A stretch of DNA of 64,000 nucleotides from an uncultured Marinobacter sp. (GTDB taxonomy: Bacteria; Pseudomonadota; Gammaproteobacteria; Pseudomonadales; Oleiphilaceae): NCBI GenBank assembly GCA_966210405.1, contig CBIHLH010000002.1:1903-65902 (forward strand). The letters are read 5' to 3'. This document shows positions 9,194 through 20,488 of this stretch, piece by piece. The notes under the pieces were generated by a model. It had not been told where the DNA came from, made no database searches, and worked only from the letters and a program-made list of their open reading frames with translations. How positions within the stretch are numbered: position 1 is the stretch's first letter; each line of letters opens with the position of its first letter. Position numbers and translations under genes: made by a program.

Positions 9194-10099
9194 CTAGCCT
9201 CTCCCCTTGGTCCGGGTTTTCCAGGGTTGCTGGTTCTTTTCTATCCAGCTCACAATCATGCCAGCCACGTTCTTGCCGGTGGCGTTTTCAATACCCTCGA
9301 GGCCGGGCGAGGAATTGACTTCCATCACCAGTGGCCCGCGACTGGAGCGCAACAAATCCACACCCGCCACATTCAGGCCCATAGCCTTGGCCGCGGTAAT
9401 AGCCGTGCGGCGCTCCTCCGGCGTAATCCGGATCAACGAGGCGGTGCCACCCCGGTGCAGGTTGGAGCGGAACTCGCCCTCGGCACCCTGGCGCTTCATG
9501 GCGGCAATCACCTTGTCGCCAATCACAAAGCAGCGGATATCCGCACCGCCGGCTTCCTTGATAAATTCCTGCACCAGAATGTCGGCTTTCAGGCCCATGA
9601 AGGCCTCAATCACACTTTCGGCCGCCTTTCGGGTTTCCGCCAGCACCACACCAATGCCCTGGGTGCCCTGCAGCAGCTTGATCACTACCGGCGCACCACC
9701 CACCATTTTCAGCAGCTCGGGCACGTTATCCGGCTTATTGGCAAACCCGGTTACTGGCATGCCAACACCTTTTCGGGCCAGCAACTGCAAGGAGCGCAAC
9801 TTGTCCCTTGACCGGGTAATGGCGACCGACTCGTTCACCGGGAACACGCCCATCATCTCAAACTGACGCAGTACCGCCGTGCCATAGAAAGTGACCGACG
9901 CGCCGATTCGTGGGATCACCACATCAAAGTTCTCGAGAACTTCCTCATGGTAATGAATCTGGGGGTTGGCCGAGGTGATGTTCATGGAGCAGTGCAGGCA
10001 ATCAATCACCTTCACTTCATGACCACGGTTAATGCCCTCCTCGACCAGCCGACGGGTTGAGTAGAGATGGCGATTCCGTGACAGTACCGCTATTTTCAT
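9194..10099 (-). CDS. rimK: ATP-grasp alpha-L-glutamate ligase RimK
   Basis: [51 protein letters not shown]. Confidence 0.96.
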   Translation of the reverse strand: MKIAVLSRNRHLYSTRRLVEEGINRGHEVKVIDCLHCSMNITSANPQIHYHEEVLENFDVVIPRIGASVTFYGTAVLRQFEMMGVFPVNESVAITRSRDKLRSLQLLARKGVGMPVTGFANKPDNVPELLKMVGGAPVVIKLLQGTQGIGVVLAETRKAAESVIEAFMGLKADILVQEFIKEAGGADIRCFVIGDKVIAAMKRQGAEGEFRSNLHRGGTASLIRITPEERRTAITAAKAMGLNVAGVDLLRSSRGPLVMEVNSSPGLEGIENATGKNVAGMIVSWIEKNQQPWKTRTKGRG

Positions 10100-10593
10100 G
10101 TATCGATCCTCAGGGCCGGCTCACCGGCAAGATAGGAAGCTTCAGGATAAATGGTGGTACGCCCCGCCATGGCGGTGCGCCCCAGCAACATCCGGAACCG
10201 CATGGAGTCCCGGTTGGTCAGTGTCATCTCAATGGGCCAGCGCTGGTCGCCGATCACCAGCGTGGTGGCGATTACCAGGCGTAGCTCTTTGTGCCCGCCA
10301 GAATCCGAGACGTTCCGCTCGTCCAGCACTTTGGCATCGCATTCGATCACCTGGTGCAAATCGTTCTGTACCGGGTGAACCCAGAACCGCACCCGCCGTT
10401 CCCCGTTGTCCGTATAGGGCTCCGTCCGGAAGGTGTGCAGGCAGGAGGTACGGGCTCCGGTATCTATCTTGGCCTTGATACGGCCGATATCCAGATCGGG
10501 TAACGCAACCCACTCGCGCCAGCCCAGGCGGACCTTGTTGTCAGCGGGGACCGGCAAGATGGTTTTAATGGTGTCAGCGGTCTTTGTCGACAT
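10096..10593 (-). CDS. RimK-associated retropepsin-like protease (RimB-like, often annotated ATP-dependent Zn protease)
   Basis: [23 protein letters not shown] and FRMLLGR motifs; overlaps rimK by 4 nt. Confidence 0.88.
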   Translation of the reverse strand: MSTKTADTIKTILPVPADNKVRLGWREWVALPDLDIGRIKAKIDTGARTSCLHTFRTEPYTDNGERRVRFWVHPVQNDLHQVIECDAKVLDERNVSDSGGHKELRLVIATTLVIGDQRWPIEMTLTNRDSMRFRMLLGRTAMAGRTTIYPEASYLAGEPALRIDT

Positions 10594-11461
10594 CCGGGGC
10601 GTCCTTTTTAGTCATGGCTTCCGGCCCTAACAATTGCACCCGGAAGGGCTCTGAGTGGCTACCGGCGTAAACACTGGTATGGGGGAACGGTATCTCGATA
10701 CCCTCCCGGTCCAGGGCTTTCTTGATGGCCACCATAATGCCACTGCGCCCCTCCAGTACACGGTCTTTCGGGACCCAGAAGGAAAACTGGACATCCACCG
10801 AGGACGGACCAAAGGCGGTCACCAGCACAAAGGGTTTCGGCTCTTCCAGACAGGCGGGGTTCTTTTCCGCCAGGTCCAGCAACAGTGCCTCCACTTTTTC
10901 CACATCCTCAGCGTAGGCAATCCCCACCGTCAGGTCGAGCCGGCGAATGGGAAACCGGGACCGGTTCACCACCCGGGTCTTGATCAGGGTTTCGTTGGGA
11001 ATGCGCACGTACAGGTTGTCTGGTGTGCGCAGTTTTACGCTCAGCATGTCGATGCCGATGACTTCGCCCAAGGTGGCGTCTACCTCGATAAAGTCGCCGA
11101 TCTCAAAGGGCTTTTCAACCAGCAGGAATAACCCGCTGATCATGTTGGACGCGGAGGTTTGCGAGGCAAAGCCAATGGCGACGGTAAGAATACCGGCGGC
11201 GCCCAACACCACATCCAGTGAGAACCCGGCTTCCCGCAGCGCCGCAACGCTGAACAGCAAAACGATGACGTAGAACACCAGCCGCCGCACCATGAGGGTG
11301 TGGTGGCGGGAACTGCGCTGGGCCATGAACCGGGATGCACTGCGGGCCGCCAGGGAGCCCAGGAAAAGCCCCAGCACCAGCAGGAAGGCCGAGTTGATCC
11401 ACTGCCCCCAGGCGATATCGGTCCACACCTGCATGACACCGGTTTCGATTTGTTCCAGCAA
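10574..11461 (-). CDS. Small-conductance mechanosensitive channel (MscS family)
   Basis: GAAGILTVAIGFASQTSASNMISG, PFEIGDFI, IPNETL, GIEIPFP. Confidence 0.93.
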   Translation of the reverse strand: MLEQIETGVMQVWTDIAWGQWINSAFLLVLGLFLGSLAARSASRFMAQRSSRHHTLMVRRLVFYVIVLLFSVAALREAGFSLDVVLGAAGILTVAIGFASQTSASNMISGLFLLVEKPFEIGDFIEVDATLGEVIGIDMLSVKLRTPDNLYVRIPNETLIKTRVVNRSRFPIRRLDLTVGIAYAEDVEKVEALLLDLAEKNPACLEEPKPFVLVTAFGPSSVDVQFSFWVPKDRVLEGRSGIMVAIKKALDREGIEIPFPHTSVYAGSHSEPFRVQLLGPEAMTKKDAPDVDKDR

Positions 11462-11485
11462 AGGTCTGACTCCCCAGGCTCAGGA

Positions 11486-12304
11486 TTAACCAAACATTCT
11501 GTCGAAGGCACGGACTAACCGGCCGCGGGACGTTTTCTCGCGGGCCGGTGCGATGGGCCGGCAATCACCCGCCGCAGGCAGAAGCGATGCATCCACATGC
11601 AGGCTGGCCGAGTTCATGTCCGTTTCAATCGCCACCGTGACCCCCGGCGTCCACAACTGGCCCCGCTGATTCCGGTGCAGCGAGAGCAGCGGCGTTGGCA
11701 GGCTGAAGCGCTCCAGTAGCAAGGCCTCATTACGGCGATTGATAATGGTAACCGGGGTAACCACACGCCAGGGCCGCTTGGGCACTGCTTCCAGAACCAG
11801 GCGGGCATAGCTGGACGACGAGTAGCACAGTTCCCCCTCCATGGTGTTCCGACCCACCCAGGTGAGCGACGGCGTTACCAGGGGGATTTCGGTGAGCACA
11901 CGCTGGCTCTCCCCGACACAGACCTTCATCCACACCGTGGTACCCACATAAATGGTGCAGCGCCCCCCGCCGGGGATGGTCAGCGGCTGATAGGGCCGGA
12001 TCACCGTCGGCAGGCTCGCCATCGCGGGTTGAAAAGTCACCGTTGAGGCCCCTGGCTCACGAACGAACCGTTGCAGGGGCACGGACGACGATGGCAGCAC
12101 GTGGCCAATGGCTTCCAGCCAGTTCGTGGAGCCGCCGTCCTGCTCCAGGGTTTCGTGACGGATCTGCCACTCCAGATCCAGCAACGTGACCCAGAGCCGG
12201 ACATGGCCCAACTGATGGAACTGGGTCTGGCCGGAGTTCAGGGTGTAGGGCTGGGCCCAGACGCCGTCCCGGCCACCTTCAGTGTCATATTCCATGCCGG
12301 ACAC
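11486..12304 (-). CDS. DUF432-like protein
   Basis: RP..PLTIP...IYV, EIP...TW.G..TMEGELCY, PVTIIN pattern; adjacent to mscS. Confidence 0.65.
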   Translation of the reverse strand: MSGMEYDTEGGRDGVWAQPYTLNSGQTQFHQLGHVRLWVTLLDLEWQIRHETLEQDGGSTNWLEAIGHVLPSSSVPLQRFVREPGASTVTFQPAMASLPTVIRPYQPLTIPGGGRCTIYVGTTVWMKVCVGESQRVLTEIPLVTPSLTWVGRNTMEGELCYSSSSYARLVLEAVPKRPWRVVTPVTIINRRNEALLLERFSLPTPLLSLHRNQRGQLWTPGVTVAIETDMNSASLHVDASLLPAAGDCRPIAPAREKTSRGRLVRAFDRMFG

Positions 12305-12444
12305 GAATCTCCCTCACGGCTGCGATAACGTTGCGGTAACTATAATCCAATCAGGGACTGTCAGCGAATATCCAAGTCAGTGATTTTATTGGCACAGCGG
12401 CCTGTAATTACCCCTACGCCCCAGGATCGGAAGCGAAACACCCA

Positions 12445-13848
12445 ATGACACAACTGGTATGGTTCAGAAACGATCTGCGGATCGCCGACAACCCGGCCCT
12501 CACGGCCGCCTGCGAGAACCCCGGCACCGTTCGGGCCTGCTTTATCCTCACTCCAGACCAATGGCAGGAGCACGACTGGTCGCCGGCCCGCGTGCAGTTT
12601 GTGATTGCCCACGCCAACGCCCTGTCCGGGGAGTTGGCCAGGCTGGGCATACCGCTGTCTTTTATTCAGGCCGAACGCTTTGAGGACAGCCTCCGTAAAC
12701 TGCAGAACCACTGCACCGAACTGGGTGTGGAAACGCTTCACTTTAACGAAGAATACGGCGTGAACGAGCGCAGACGCGACAAAACCATCAAGCGCCGCCT
12801 TGATGACATCAACATCCGCGTTTGCAAATACCGCGACCAGACCGTGGCACCGGTGGGCGAAATCCTCACCCAGCAGCACGAGCCCTACTCGGTATTTACA
12901 CCCTTCTCAAGGCGCTGGCGCAGTTGGATCGACGAAACCCGACCGGGCCTGCTCCCGGTTCCAAAAGCCAGGGGCGGCGCCGTTATCCCGGAAAAGATCG
13001 ACACCATCCCCGACGCCTTCCGGAACGCACCGCCCCCCCTGGTCCCCACCGGCGAACACGCTGCCCACGACCAGCTCGAGCGCTTCCTGGAAGAACGCGG
13101 AGGTGACTACAAGGCACAACGGGACTTCCCGGCCATCGACGGCACCAGCCAGCTCTCCCCCTACCTGGCAAACGGCGTACTGTCTGGCCGCCAATGCCTG
13201 CTGGCCGCGCAACAGGCCCAGGGCATGGGCGGTAACCAGGAAGGCCTGGTGACCTGGATCAACGAAATCGCCTGGCGGGATTTCTACATCAACATCCTGT
13301 ACCACTACCCACGAACCAGCATGCACCGGGCCTTCAAGCCGGAAACCGAAGCCCTGGCATGGAACCCGCCCGGTGAGCCTTTCGAAGCCTGGAAAACCGG
13401 CAACACCGGCGTCCCCATCGTCGACGCCGCCATGCGCCAGCTCAACCAGACCGGCTGGATGCACAACCGCCTGCGCATGATCACCGCCATGTACCTGACC
13501 AAAAACCTGTTCATCGACTGGCGCCTGGGTGAGGCCTGGTTCATGTCACGGCTGGTGGACGGCTTCCTCGCTTCCAACAACGGCGGCTGGCAATGGAGCG
13601 CCTCCACCGGCACCGACGCCGCGCCCTACTTCCGGGTTTTCAACCCGGTCACCCAGAGCGAGCGCTTCGACCCCGACGGCGACTTCATCCGCCATTGGGT
13701 CCCGGAACTGGCCAGGCTGGACAACAAGCGGATTCACGATCCCGGAGCGAAAGGAGGGGTTATCCCGAAGGGTTATCCGAGACAGATCGTTGATCCGAAG
13801 GAAAGCAGGAAGGACGCCATCGCCAGATTTCAGGCGTTAAAGAATTAA
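12445..13848 (+). CDS. phrB: Deoxyribodipyrimidine photolyase (CPD class I)
   Basis: WFRNDLRIADNPAL, TSQLSPYL, GWMHNRLRM, SNNGGWQW, PYFRVFNP. Confidence 0.95.
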   Translation: MTQLVWFRNDLRIADNPALTAACENPGTVRACFILTPDQWQEHDWSPARVQFVIAHANALSGELARLGIPLSFIQAERFEDSLRKLQNHCTELGVETLHFNEEYGVNERRRDKTIKRRLDDINIRVCKYRDQTVAPVGEILTQQHEPYSVFTPFSRRWRSWIDETRPGLLPVPKARGGAVIPEKIDTIPDAFRNAPPPLVPTGEHAAHDQLERFLEERGGDYKAQRDFPAIDGTSQLSPYLANGVLSGRQCLLAAQQAQGMGGNQEGLVTWINEIAWRDFYINILYHYPRTSMHRAFKPETEALAWNPPGEPFEAWKTGNTGVPIVDAAMRQLNQTGWMHNRLRMITAMYLTKNLFIDWRLGEAWFMSRLVDGFLASNNGGWQWSASTGTDAAPYFRVFNPVTQSERFDPDGDFIRHWVPELARLDNKRIHDPGAKGGVIPKGYPRQIVDPKESRKDAIARFQALKN

Positions 13849-13905
13849 CGAAACAACAGAGCGGGCCGCATCCCCAAGGTCAGATCAAGAATTCGGACGC
13901 CGGGT

Positions 13906-14652
13906 TTACTTTGAGCAAACCGGACAGGAAGGATCGCGAGCCAGCTTCATTTCCCGCCACTGCATCGCCCAGGCATCCAGAATCAACAACCGGCCAACCA
14001 ACGGCGTACCAACGCCGGAAAGCACCTTGATCGCCTCCATGGCCTGGGCCGCGCCGATCATGCCCACAATCGGCGCGATCACACCGGCCTCCGAACAGGT
14101 TAAATCCTCATTGCCCTGCTCCGGGTACAGACAGTGGTAACAGGGACTGTGCGCCTGCCGGCTGTCATACACCGAAAGCTGCCCCTCACCCCGAATGGCG
14201 GCACCGGATACCAGCGGCACCCCGGCCGCCACACACGCCCGGTTCAGCGCAAACCGGGTATTGAAATTATCGGTGCAATCCACCACCAGGCTGGCTTCCT
14301 CTACCTGCCGCGCCAGCTCATCCCCCTCAAGGCGCTGATTCAGCGCCGTCACGGAAACCAGCGGATTAATCCGTCGCACCCGGGAGGCCAGCGCCTCGGC
14401 CTTGGATTCGCCCAACTGGCCGTGGTCAAAGCCGACCTGCCGTTGCAGGTTGGCCAGCTCAATTACATCGTCATCCACCAGCGTCAGGTGCCCCACCCCG
14501 GCCGCGCCCAGATACAACGCCACCGGACACCCCAGCCCGCCGGCGCCGGTCACCAGCACCCGGGCACTCTTCAGCCGTTCCTGGCCGGCGATATCAAACC
14601 GGGGCATCAGGATCTGCCGGCTGTATCGCAACAGTTCTTCGTCACTGAGCAT
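13906..14652 (-). CDS. moeB: Molybdopterin-synthase adenylyltransferase (MoeB/ThiF family)
   Basis: RYSRQI, GAGGLG, NLQRQ, DCTDNF, CYHC and CPVC; start set at ATG 14652. Confidence 0.93.
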   Translation of the reverse strand: MLSDEELLRYSRQILMPRFDIAGQERLKSARVLVTGAGGLGCPVALYLGAAGVGHLTLVDDDVIELANLQRQVGFDHGQLGESKAEALASRVRRINPLVSVTALNQRLEGDELARQVEEASLVVDCTDNFNTRFALNRACVAAGVPLVSGAAIRGEGQLSVYDSRQAHSPCYHCLYPEQGNEDLTCSEAGVIAPIVGMIGAAQAMEAIKVLSGVGTPLVGRLLILDAWAMQWREMKLARDPSCPVCSK

Positions 14653-15529
14653 CGAAACCTCCCGCTGTCTGTTGGTCGCTAACGGTCGCCGGCCACTGGC
14701 CCAGCGTCGTCCGGTCCCTCCGGCCGTAGTCCTGCAGGCTCCGGACCCCGGAAAATCCGCGCTGGCGGAACAGGGCGGCCACCGCGCGGGCCTGGACATA
14801 GCCGTGCTCAACCAGCAACCAGCCGCCGGCCCCGAGCCAGCCCGGAGCCTGAGCCACAATCTGCCTCAGATCATCCAGACCATCCCGCCCGGAAACCAGC
14901 GCCGAGGCTGGTTCAAACCGGACGTCGCCCTCATTCAGGTGTCCATCGCCACTGGCAATATAGGGCGGATTGGACACAATCAGATCATAGCGGGCCGGCG
15001 CCAGGCCAGAAAACCAGGTACTGGCCACCACCTCCACACGCAACCCCAGCGCCCCGGCGTTATGCCGGGCCAGAGCGACCGCCTCGTCCACGCAGTCACA
15101 GGCCGTGATCTGCCAGCCCGGCTGCTCGCTGGCCAGCGCCAGAGCAATGGCGCCGGTGCCGGTGCCCAGGTCCAGCACCCGGGCGTCACCCGGCAAGGGC
15201 AGCGCCAGGGCGGCTTCCACCAGGCACTCGGTATCCGGGCGCGGGATCAGCGTAGAACGGCTGACCCGCAGGGGCAGCGACCAGAACTCCTGATGGCCCA
15301 GCAGATACGCCACCGGCGTACCGGCGGCGCGCTCGGCAACCAGCGCCCCGAAGGCCTCGGCCTGGGCCGGGGTCATCGTCCGCTCCGGCCAGGCCCGGAA
15401 ATGGGTGCGACTGAGCCCGGTCAGGTGGCTCAGCAGCAGTTCCGCGTCCAGCCTCGGGCTGTCGCCGGCAATCCGGGCAGCCGCCCACTGCAACAGCGCG
15501 TCACAGGTCAGTGGAGGGTTACTGGTCAT
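14642..15529 (-). CDS. prmC: Release factor glutamine methyltransferase
   Basis: [24 protein letters not shown]; follows prfA. Confidence 0.95.
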   Translation of the reverse strand: MTSNPPLTCDALLQWAAARIAGDSPRLDAELLLSHLTGLSRTHFRAWPERTMTPAQAEAFGALVAERAAGTPVAYLLGHQEFWSLPLRVSRSTLIPRPDTECLVEAALALPLPGDARVLDLGTGTGAIALALASEQPGWQITACDCVDEAVALARHNAGALGLRVEVVASTWFSGLAPARYDLIVSNPPYIASGDGHLNEGDVRFEPASALVSGRDGLDDLRQIVAQAPGWLGAGGWLLVEHGYVQARAVAALFRQRGFSGVRSLQDYGRRDRTTLGQWPATVSDQQTAGGFDAQ

Positions 15530-16607
15530 CGGCGAGCGAGGCAAGCAACTCGGCCTGGTGTTCCTGCTGGAGCGGCACGGCCACGGCATCCAAGTCACCG
15601 GAAATCACTTCGTCGAGTTTGTACAGGGTCAGGTTGATGCGGTGATCCGTCACCCGGCCCTGGGGAAAGTTGTAGGTCCGGATCCGCTCAGACCGGTCAC
15701 CACTGCCCACCAGGCTTTTCCGGGTCTCGGATATGGATTTCTGCTGTCGTTCGGTTTCCGCGTTCTGCAGCCGGGAGGCCAGCAGACTCATGGCCTTCGC
15801 ACGGTTCTTGTGCTGTGAGCGTTCTTCCTGGCACTCCACCACAATACCGGTGGGCAGATGGGTAATCCGGATTGCGGAGTCGGTCTTGTTGACGTGCTGG
15901 CCGCCGGCGCCGGACGACCGGAAGGTATCGACACGCAGATCCGCCTTGCTGATCTCAATCGCCTCTGCCTCGTCCGCTTCCGGCATCACCGCCACGGTAC
16001 AGGCCGAGGTGTGGATGCGGCCCTGGGACTCGGTCTCCGGTACACGCTGCACCCGGTGAGCACCGGATTCGAACTTCAGCGTACCGTATACGCCGTCCCC
16101 GGCCACCCGGGCAATCAGCTCCTTGTAGCCCCCGTGCTCACCGTCGCTCTCGCTGAGCACTTCTATCTGCCAGCGGCGGCGCTCGGCATAGCGGCTGTAC
16201 ATCCGGAACAGGTCGCCGGCGAAAATCGCGGCCTCGTCGCCACCGGTGCCAGCGCGGATTTCCAGGAACACGTTCTTGCCGTCATTGGGGTCTTTCGGCA
16301 GCATCAGGCGCTGCAACTCCTCATCCAGTTCGGCATTCTTGTGTTCGGCAGAACGCTGCTCGTCTTCCGCCATCGCGCGCATGTCGGCGTCGCCATCGCT
16401 CGCCAGCTCTCTGGCTTCCTTTATATCCTCCAGGGACTGTCGCCAGGCCTGAAAGCACTGAACAATGGGCTCAATTTCCGCAAATTCCCGGGACAGGTCC
16501 CGGAATTTGTCCTGCTGGGCAATGATAGAGGCATCACTGAGCAACGCGCTGACCTCCTCGAAGCGATCTACAAGCTGCTCGAGGCGGGACTGAATCGATG
16601 GTTTCAT
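15519..16607 (-). CDS. prfA: Peptide chain release factor 1
   Basis: [13 protein letters not shown] (GGQ), [26 protein letters not shown]. Confidence 0.97.
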   Translation of the reverse strand: MKPSIQSRLEQLVDRFEEVSALLSDASIIAQQDKFRDLSREFAEIEPIVQCFQAWRQSLEDIKEARELASDGDADMRAMAEDEQRSAEHKNAELDEELQRLMLPKDPNDGKNVFLEIRAGTGGDEAAIFAGDLFRMYSRYAERRRWQIEVLSESDGEHGGYKELIARVAGDGVYGTLKFESGAHRVQRVPETESQGRIHTSACTVAVMPEADEAEAIEISKADLRVDTFRSSGAGGQHVNKTDSAIRITHLPTGIVVECQEERSQHKNRAKAMSLLASRLQNAETERQQKSISETRKSLVGSGDRSERIRTYNFPQGRVTDHRINLTLYKLDEVISGDLDAVAVPLQQEHQAELLASLADDQ

Positions 16608-17893
16608 AGGTTTTCCGGGGTGGTCGTGGTATCCGCGTCCAGGGCATCCAGCTGGTGTAATTCCCGCAGCCACTCGGTGACCTCGGCCCGCCCTTGGGTT
16701 GTGGCTTTGCGCACCTGAACCGAGGGTTCGTGCAGAAGTTTGTTGGTCAGGCCCCGGGCCAGACCGCGCAACACGGTTTCCGGGTCTGTGCCGTTGCGCA
16801 GGGCACGCAGGGCTTTCTCGGTTTCCGCGTCGCGCAGCACTTCGGCCCGCTGGCGGAACTGTTTGAGCGTGGACACCGCATCCAGGGCACGCAGTTGATT
16901 CAGGAATTCCTGAACGCCACTGGCCACCAGATTCTCCGCCTCCCGGGCCGCGCCTTCCCGGGAACGGATGTTCTCCTCGATCACCTGGCGGAGATCGTCC
17001 ACGGTGTACAGATACACGTCCGCCAGCGACGCCACTTCGGGCTCAATATCCCGGGGCACGGCGATGTCCACCATGAAATACGGGCGATGTTTGCGCTTTT
17101 TCAGGGCCCGCTCGACCGCGCCTTTGCCAAGAATGGGTAAGGGGCTGGCGGTGGAAGAGATGACAATATCCACTTCGGCCAGGTGATCCGGAATTTCCGA
17201 CAGCAGGATGCCCTTGCCACCCCGCGCCCCGGCAAGGGCCTGCGCCCGTTCCAGGGTACGGTTGGCCACCAGGAAGTCCTGCACGCCGGCATCAGCCAGA
17301 TGACGGGCCACCAGTTCAATGGTTTTTCCGGCACCAATCAGCAAGGCCTTGTTGCGGGACATGTCGGCAAAAATATGGTGCGCCATGCTCACCGCGGCAT
17401 AGGCCACCGAGACCGGGTTCTCGCCAATCGCGGTCTGGGTGCGTACCCGCTTGGCCACCGAAAAGCTGTGCTCAAACAGCCGGGACAGGAAGGAACCGCT
17501 CGCCCCGTGTTCCCGCGCCATCGAATAGGCTTCCTTCAACTGGCCGAGAATCTGCGGTTCGCCCAGCACCATGGAGTCCAGGCCCGCAGCCACTCGCATC
17601 ATGTGGCGCACGGCGTCGGCATCCCGGTGTACGTAGAGCACCTCTTCCAGCTCGGCGGATTCCAGGTCATGAAAGCCCGCCAGCCAGCGCAACACCATGG
17701 GTGCGCAGTCGTCATCACCGGCCAGGTAGAGTTCGGTCCGGTTACAGGTGGACAGGATGGCGGCTTCGCTGGCACCCGAGGTCGCCCGCAGCTCGGCAAA
17801 GGCTTCAGCCATGCGCTCAGGCGTGAACGCCACCCGCTCCCGCATCTCCACGGGCGCGGTTCGGTGATTGATTCCCAGGGTGATCAATGCCAT
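16604..17893 (-). CDS. hemA: Glutamyl-tRNA reductase
   Basis: [30 protein letters not shown]. Confidence 0.97.
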   Translation of the reverse strand: MALITLGINHRTAPVEMRERVAFTPERMAEAFAELRATSGASEAAILSTCNRTELYLAGDDDCAPMVLRWLAGFHDLESAELEEVLYVHRDADAVRHMMRVAAGLDSMVLGEPQILGQLKEAYSMAREHGASGSFLSRLFEHSFSVAKRVRTQTAIGENPVSVAYAAVSMAHHIFADMSRNKALLIGAGKTIELVARHLADAGVQDFLVANRTLERAQALAGARGGKGILLSEIPDHLAEVDIVISSTASPLPILGKGAVERALKKRKHRPYFMVDIAVPRDIEPEVASLADVYLYTVDDLRQVIEENIRSREGAAREAENLVASGVQEFLNQLRALDAVSTLKQFRQRAEVLRDAETEKALRALRNGTDPETVLRGLARGLTNKLLHEPSVQVRKATTQGRAEVTEWLRELHQLDALDADTTTTPENL

Positions 17894-18095
17894 AGGGTGG
17901 TTGATTAACCTTTTGCCGATGAACGGAGCGAGCGCGCACTTACTTTACGCCATTTTAACGATCAGAACCCCCTGCTGCCACCCATAACCTCCGACGCTTC
18001 GGGAACTGCGGACAGGTTGGGCAAGATCAGACGCTTATGCCATTATAGGAACCTGACTATTTCTTATGGGTTGTCGACAGATCACGGGAAGTTGC

Positions 18096-19853
18096 ATGCA
18101 AACATCCGCACCGTTTTTGATTACCTGCCTGCTTGGCCTCTCTCTGGCCGGCTGCGCAGGCTTCACCGGCACCGGGCAAACCACCGCCCCCGAAAAACCC
18201 ACGACTGCCGACGCACAGTCCCAACAAGCAACCCCCGAAGACACCCCGGTTGAATACCGCGATTTTGAGCCCGAAACCCTGTACCTCCTGACATCCGCCG
18301 AAATCGCCGCCCAGCGCGGCCGGTACGACGTAACGCTGGTCAACTACATGAAGGCCGCGAAACAGTCCCGGGATCTCGGTGTGATCGAGCGGGCCATGCG
18401 TATCGCCCAGTCGCTGAATGGCGATAACGCCCAGCGGCAACTGGCGGAGCTGTGGCTCGATGTGGATCCGGACAGTCTCCAGGCCCACCGCATATCCGCC
18501 ATACTGGCGGTAAAGCGCAACCAACTGGAAACCGCCCTTGGTCACATGGAAAAAATCATGGACCTGGGCGGCGATGCCGATTTTGACAGCCTGGCCGCCA
18601 TGGCCGGCAACCTGCCTGCGGAGCATCAGCAGGAGTTGCTGTCCCTGTACCACCAGATGGCAGGGCGCCACCCCAATACGCCGGAGCTGGAGTACAGTAT
18701 TGCCCTGCTGCTGAAGGTGACCGGCCAGCCCGCGAAGGCCCTGGCGCGCCTGGAGCCGTTACTGGACGAACAGCCCAACTTTCAGCCCGCCATCATCCTC
18801 AAAGGCGATCTGCTGTTCCAACTGGGCAAGAAGCGGGAAGCCCTGGATCATCTGATGGTTAACACCCGGCGCTTTCCGGGTAACCGGCCGATGGGCACAC
18901 TCTACGGCCGGATGCTGATCAGCGAAGGCGAGCTGCAGGCTGCCCAGGACGAATTCAAACGGCTGGTGCAGCGCTACCCGGACACCCCCGGGCTGCGACT
19001 GTCCCACGCCCTGGTGGCCCTGGAGAATGATCAGATCGAGCTGGCCCGGGAAGAACTGACCCGGCTGGTGGAGCAGGGGCATCACGCCGACGAAGCCAAC
19101 TACTACCTGGGCCGGATCGCCGATCAGGCCGGCAACACCAAGCAGGCCATCGGCTATTACCAGAGCGTGGAGCGGGGTAACTACTACTTTCCTGCCCTGG
19201 CCCGGGCCAGCGCCCTGCTGGCAGCCGATAACCGCCTGGACGAAGCCCTGGACAACATTCGCGCCCTGCGCGGCGCCAATCCCGGCCAGGCCGAGAACTT
19301 CTGGTTGCTGGAAGTTAACCTGTTGCTGGATCAGAACCGGCAACAGGCCGCACTGACGACCGCCACCAAGGCACTGGAGGCCTTTCCGGGCAACATTGAA
19401 ATCCGCTACGCCCGGGCCATGCTCTACGATGCCCTCGACCAGCCGGCGAAGGCCGAGAGCGATCTCAAGCAGATTGTTCAGCAGTCTCCGGACAACGCCG
19501 TGGCCCTGAACGCCCTCGGCTACATCCTGACCACCCGCACCGATCGGCTGGAAGAGGCCCGTGGCTACATCGAACGCGCCCTGCGGCTGGACCCGGACAA
19601 CCCCGCCATCCTCGACAGCATGGGCTGGGTCCTGTTCCGGGAAGGCCGACTGAAACCCGCCCTTGAATATCTGGCGCGGGCCTGGGACGCCTTCCCCGAT
19701 CCGGAAGTGGCCGCCCATTACGGCGAAGCCCTGTGGATGAGCGGCGCTGAAGAGCAGGCCCGCGTCATCTGGCGCAAAGGCCTCGAACAGGACGCCGACC
19801 ATGAAGTCCTGCGGGAAACCATTGACCGACTGACCACCGATGGAGCGCTGTAA
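18096..19853 (+). CDS. TPR-repeat lipoprotein (LbcA/PA4667-like)
   Basis: Lipobox LAGC, multiple TPRs (ALNALGYIL, ILDSMGWV, EVAAHYGE); hemA-TPR-lolB-ispE synteny as in Pseudomonas. Confidence 0.85.
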   Translation: MQTSAPFLITCLLGLSLAGCAGFTGTGQTTAPEKPTTADAQSQQATPEDTPVEYRDFEPETLYLLTSAEIAAQRGRYDVTLVNYMKAAKQSRDLGVIERAMRIAQSLNGDNAQRQLAELWLDVDPDSLQAHRISAILAVKRNQLETALGHMEKIMDLGGDADFDSLAAMAGNLPAEHQQELLSLYHQMAGRHPNTPELEYSIALLLKVTGQPAKALARLEPLLDEQPNFQPAIILKGDLLFQLGKKREALDHLMVNTRRFPGNRPMGTLYGRMLISEGELQAAQDEFKRLVQRYPDTPGLRLSHALVALENDQIELAREELTRLVEQGHHADEANYYLGRIADQAGNTKQAIGYYQSVERGNYYFPALARASALLAADNRLDEALDNIRALRGANPGQAENFWLLEVNLLLDQNRQQAALTTATKALEAFPGNIEIRYARAMLYDALDQPAKAESDLKQIVQQSPDNAVALNALGYILTTRTDRLEEARGYIERALRLDPDNPAILDSMGWVLFREGRLKPALEYLARAWDAFPDPEVAAHYGEALWMSGAEEQARVIWRKGLEQDADHEVLRETIDRLTTDGAL

Positions 19854-20488
19854 TGAGCCGGTTGTTCCGCATCCTGGCCAGCCTGGCGCTGATGGCGTCT
19901 CTTGGCGCCTGCACCACCATCCAGGTTGACCCGCTGCCGCAGGGCATGACCGACCAGCCGCCGGCGGACTGGAGCAAACGCGCCGCCCGGCTCACTCAGT
20001 TCAACCATTGGCAGCTTTCCGGGAAGCTGGCGGTTCGCCAGCCCTCCGACAGTGGCACCGCCATCATCAACCACTGGATTCAGGACGGTGAGGCCTATGA
20101 TCTGGCCCTGTCGTCATCCTTTATGGGCATGGGCAGTACACGACTGAAAGGCGTGCCCGGTTTTATCGAGCTGACACTGCCAAACGGTGAAACCTATCGG
20201 TCCGGGGAACCCGACGCTCTGGTGGAAGCCGCCACCGGCTGGCAACTACCGCTTGATGAACTGGTCTGGTGGGTGCGTGGCCTGCCAGCGCCCGGTGGCG
20301 ACTTCCGGCTGCTGTTTGATGGCACCGGCAATCTCGCCATGATCCGGCAGGCGGGCTGGGAAATTCGCTACGACCGCTGGCGGCCCTTCCTCACCGACTA
20401 CCCGCCACTGCCGGCCCGGATCACCGCCCTGAAAGGCGACAAACGGGTACGCCTGGTCGTTGCCGACTGGCAGGAACAGGCACCGTGA
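19853..20488 (+). CDS. lolB: Outer-membrane lipoprotein receptor LolB
   Basis: Lipobox [15 protein letters not shown]...L..W..G.P; upstream of ispE. Confidence 0.9.
   Translation: MSRLFRILASLALMASLGACTTIQVDPLPQGMTDQPPADWSKRAARLTQFNHWQLSGKLAVRQPSDSGTAIINHWIQDGEAYDLALSSSFMGMGSTRLKGVPGFIELTLPNGETYRSGEPDALVEAATGWQLPLDELVWWVRGLPAPGGDFRLLFDGTGNLAMIRQAGWEIRYDRWRPFLTDYPPLPARITALKGDKRVRLVVADWQEQAP

Noticed and set aside
12379-12396. TGGCAC-containing sigma54-like motif upstream of phrB
   Set aside because: The GG-N10-GC spacing is not met.
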